Source of the DNA: Gemmata obscuriglobus
GTDB taxonomy: Bacteria; Planctomycetota; Planctomycetia; Gemmatales; Gemmataceae
Direction of reading: 5' to 3'
DNA: 32,000 nt
Assembly (NCBI RefSeq): GCF_008065095.1
Contig: NZ_CP042911.1
Coordinates: forward strand, 7,920,001 to 7,952,000
The notes under the pieces were generated by a model that ran no database searches, had not been told where the DNA came from, and worked only from the letters and a program-made list of their open reading frames with translations. Below, piece after piece: positions 30,556 to 32,000 of the stretch (the stretch's first letter is position 1; the number at the start of each line of letters is the position of its first letter). The translations under genes and the position numbers were made by a program.

Positions 30556-31953
30556 ATAACCGACCTCCGGTTCGACCGCGCGGGCCGGTTGACCGCGCTG
30601 GCCGACGGTGCGCTGGTCACGTGGGACGCGGCAACCGGCCGGGTCGCGAGCCGGTCCGGTCCGTTCCCCATCGGCAAGCCGGTCTGGTCCTCGCGGTGGG
30701 CCGTATCTGCCGACTGCGGGCGTGTGTTCCGAACCGATTCGTCTCACCGGTTCGCGGACGTGAGCGATACGGGCACGGGTAAAATCGTGTGGGCGGAAGA
30801 GGGGTTTCATCTCGGTTTCGTTCACGCCGAGTTCGATCAGACCGGGCGGCGGGTGTTCGCGGCTCATTCCGGGCGGGTGATCGCGTTCGACGGGCAGTCC
30901 GGGAAGACGCTCTGGACGGCCACGGCCGGCACCGGGCGCGGGGCGGTCGGGACGGCACTGGCGGTCAACCCCGACGGCCGGTCCGTCGCGCTGGCCGGCG
31001 GTTGGGCGGCGACCCGTCGAGCGGGTACTATGGGCCTGTTCGACGCGGCCACCGGGAAGCCACTGTGGGCCGGGGAGAGCGACGGCTTTGAAGCCGTTGC
31101 GCTGACGTTCGCACCGGACGGCCGAACGCTGTACGCCGTGGAAGCGGGCGAGAACTACACGGTCGCCCGGGTCCGCGCGTACAGCACCGGTACGGGAAAG
31201 GTCGTGACCACCTTCAACGTGCCCACGCCGCTACCGCGAGTGGCCATCGTCAGTCCGGACGGCCGGACCCTGGCCGTTGCCTCCGGGCGCCACGTCCACC
31301 TGCTGGAACCGCTCACGGGGCGGCTGCGGCACACGTTCATCGGCCACGAGGGGCGGGTGAGTGCCCTTCGGTTCCGCCCCGATGGTCGGGTACTCGCTGC
31401 CGCCAGCCCGGACGCGCCGGTGTTGCTGTGGGACGTGTACGGCACGTCCGCCGATCGCAGGCCGCTTCCCGCCCCGGATGCCCTGGGGAAGGGGTGGGAC
31501 GATTTGGCCGGCGCAGACGCGCAGGTGGCGTTCCGCGCGGTCCGGCTGCTCGCTGCCGGTTCGGATGCGATTCCCGTTCTGCGCGAGCGGATGAAGGCCG
31601 TCCGCCCGCCGGATCTGAAAACGGTGAATCAGTGGGTTGCGGACCTCAGTTCGGCCGACTTCGCGACGCGGGAGCGGGCCTCGGCCGCGCTGGCGAAGGT
31701 CGCCCGGTTGGTGGAGCCCGAACTCCGGAAGGCGCGAGAGGCGTCCGAATGGCCCGAAGTGCGGCAGCGGCTCGACGCGGTGCTGGCGCACGCCAAACCG
31801 GCGGGAGAGGAACTCCGCGTCGTCCGGGCGGTGGAAGTGGTCGAGGCGATCGGCACCCCGGCCGCAGCGAAGTTACTTGGTGAGTGGGCGGAAGCGGGTG
31901 GCCTCTTGGCCCAGGAAGCGAAGGCCGCGGGAAAGCGGCTCAGTGGGAAGTGA
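30556..31953 (+). pseudogene. 3' fragment of the IS-split sigma-TM-beta-propeller gene
   Basis: It is in frame within ORF 30472..31953. It continues ...TTGE|ITDLRFDRAGRLTALADGALVTWDAATG with further propeller blades (APDGRTLYAV, SPDGRTLAVA, RPDGRVLAAA). The tail is helical (ADLSSADFATRERASAALAKV...). It has no start codon or promoter of its own. Confidence 0.8.
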
Positions 31954-32000
31954 ATCCGATCCACGATCCGGTTGATTGATCTTGTGTCATTGCATTTTAG

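Noticed and set aside
1-32000. CRISPR arrays, rRNA/tRNA genes, integrons, prophage modules, toxin-antitoxin pairs and reverse-transcriptase/retron or DGR elements.
   Set aside because: I found no regularly spaced direct repeats, no rRNA- or tRNA-like sequence, and no integrase, RT, Cas or phage structural signatures in any frame I inspected by eye. A computational scan could still find small elements that I missed.

Overview
This is a 32-kb bacterial chromosomal window with high GC, roughly two-thirds G+C by eye. No searches were run; every family call rests on motifs I recognise in the translations. The gene content suggests Planctomycetota, probably Gemmataceae (inference). Supporting features are a DUF1559 prepilin-like protein with a small lipoprotein partner, an ECF sigma factor fused to a TM segment and beta-propeller, a eukaryote-like Ser/Thr kinase, and many Sec/Tat-exported hydrolases. 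I can support about 27 protein-coding genes or gene fragments. There are two intact insertion sequences: an IS3-family element of 1238 bp and an IS701/ISAba11-like element of 1068 bp with a 5-bp TSD. There is also one IS3-family relic. I see no rRNA, tRNA or CRISPR. Many long ORFs in the six-frame track are antisense or out-of-frame shadows typical of high-GC DNA.

The best candidate for an undescribed system is 14297-20574 (minus strand). An ECF sigma factor there has a stop codon that overlaps (ATGA) the start of a 1895-aa protein. That protein has an N-terminal anti-sigma-like domain, one TM segment, and a complete alpha-2-macroglobulin-like thioester protein with an intact CFEQ motif. The position where A2M proteins normally carry the bait holds a coiled coil, a TM hairpin and a Pro-rich linker. 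I read this as a possible protease-attack sensor wired directly to transcription.

Other notable points:
- An IS3 element sits 68 nt upstream of that sigma gene, and its orfA/orfB junction is an A9 run with orfB in the +1 frame.
- A second ECF sigma (sigma-TM-beta-propeller) is cleanly split by the IS701-like element and can be rejoined in frame.
- A Ser/Thr kinase carries a canonical C-terminal PilZ domain (RRxxxR / DxSxxG).
- A signal peptide-Pro10-TM mini-protein is translationally coupled to two unrecognised polytopic membrane proteins.
- A secreted coiled-coil gene is frameshifted.
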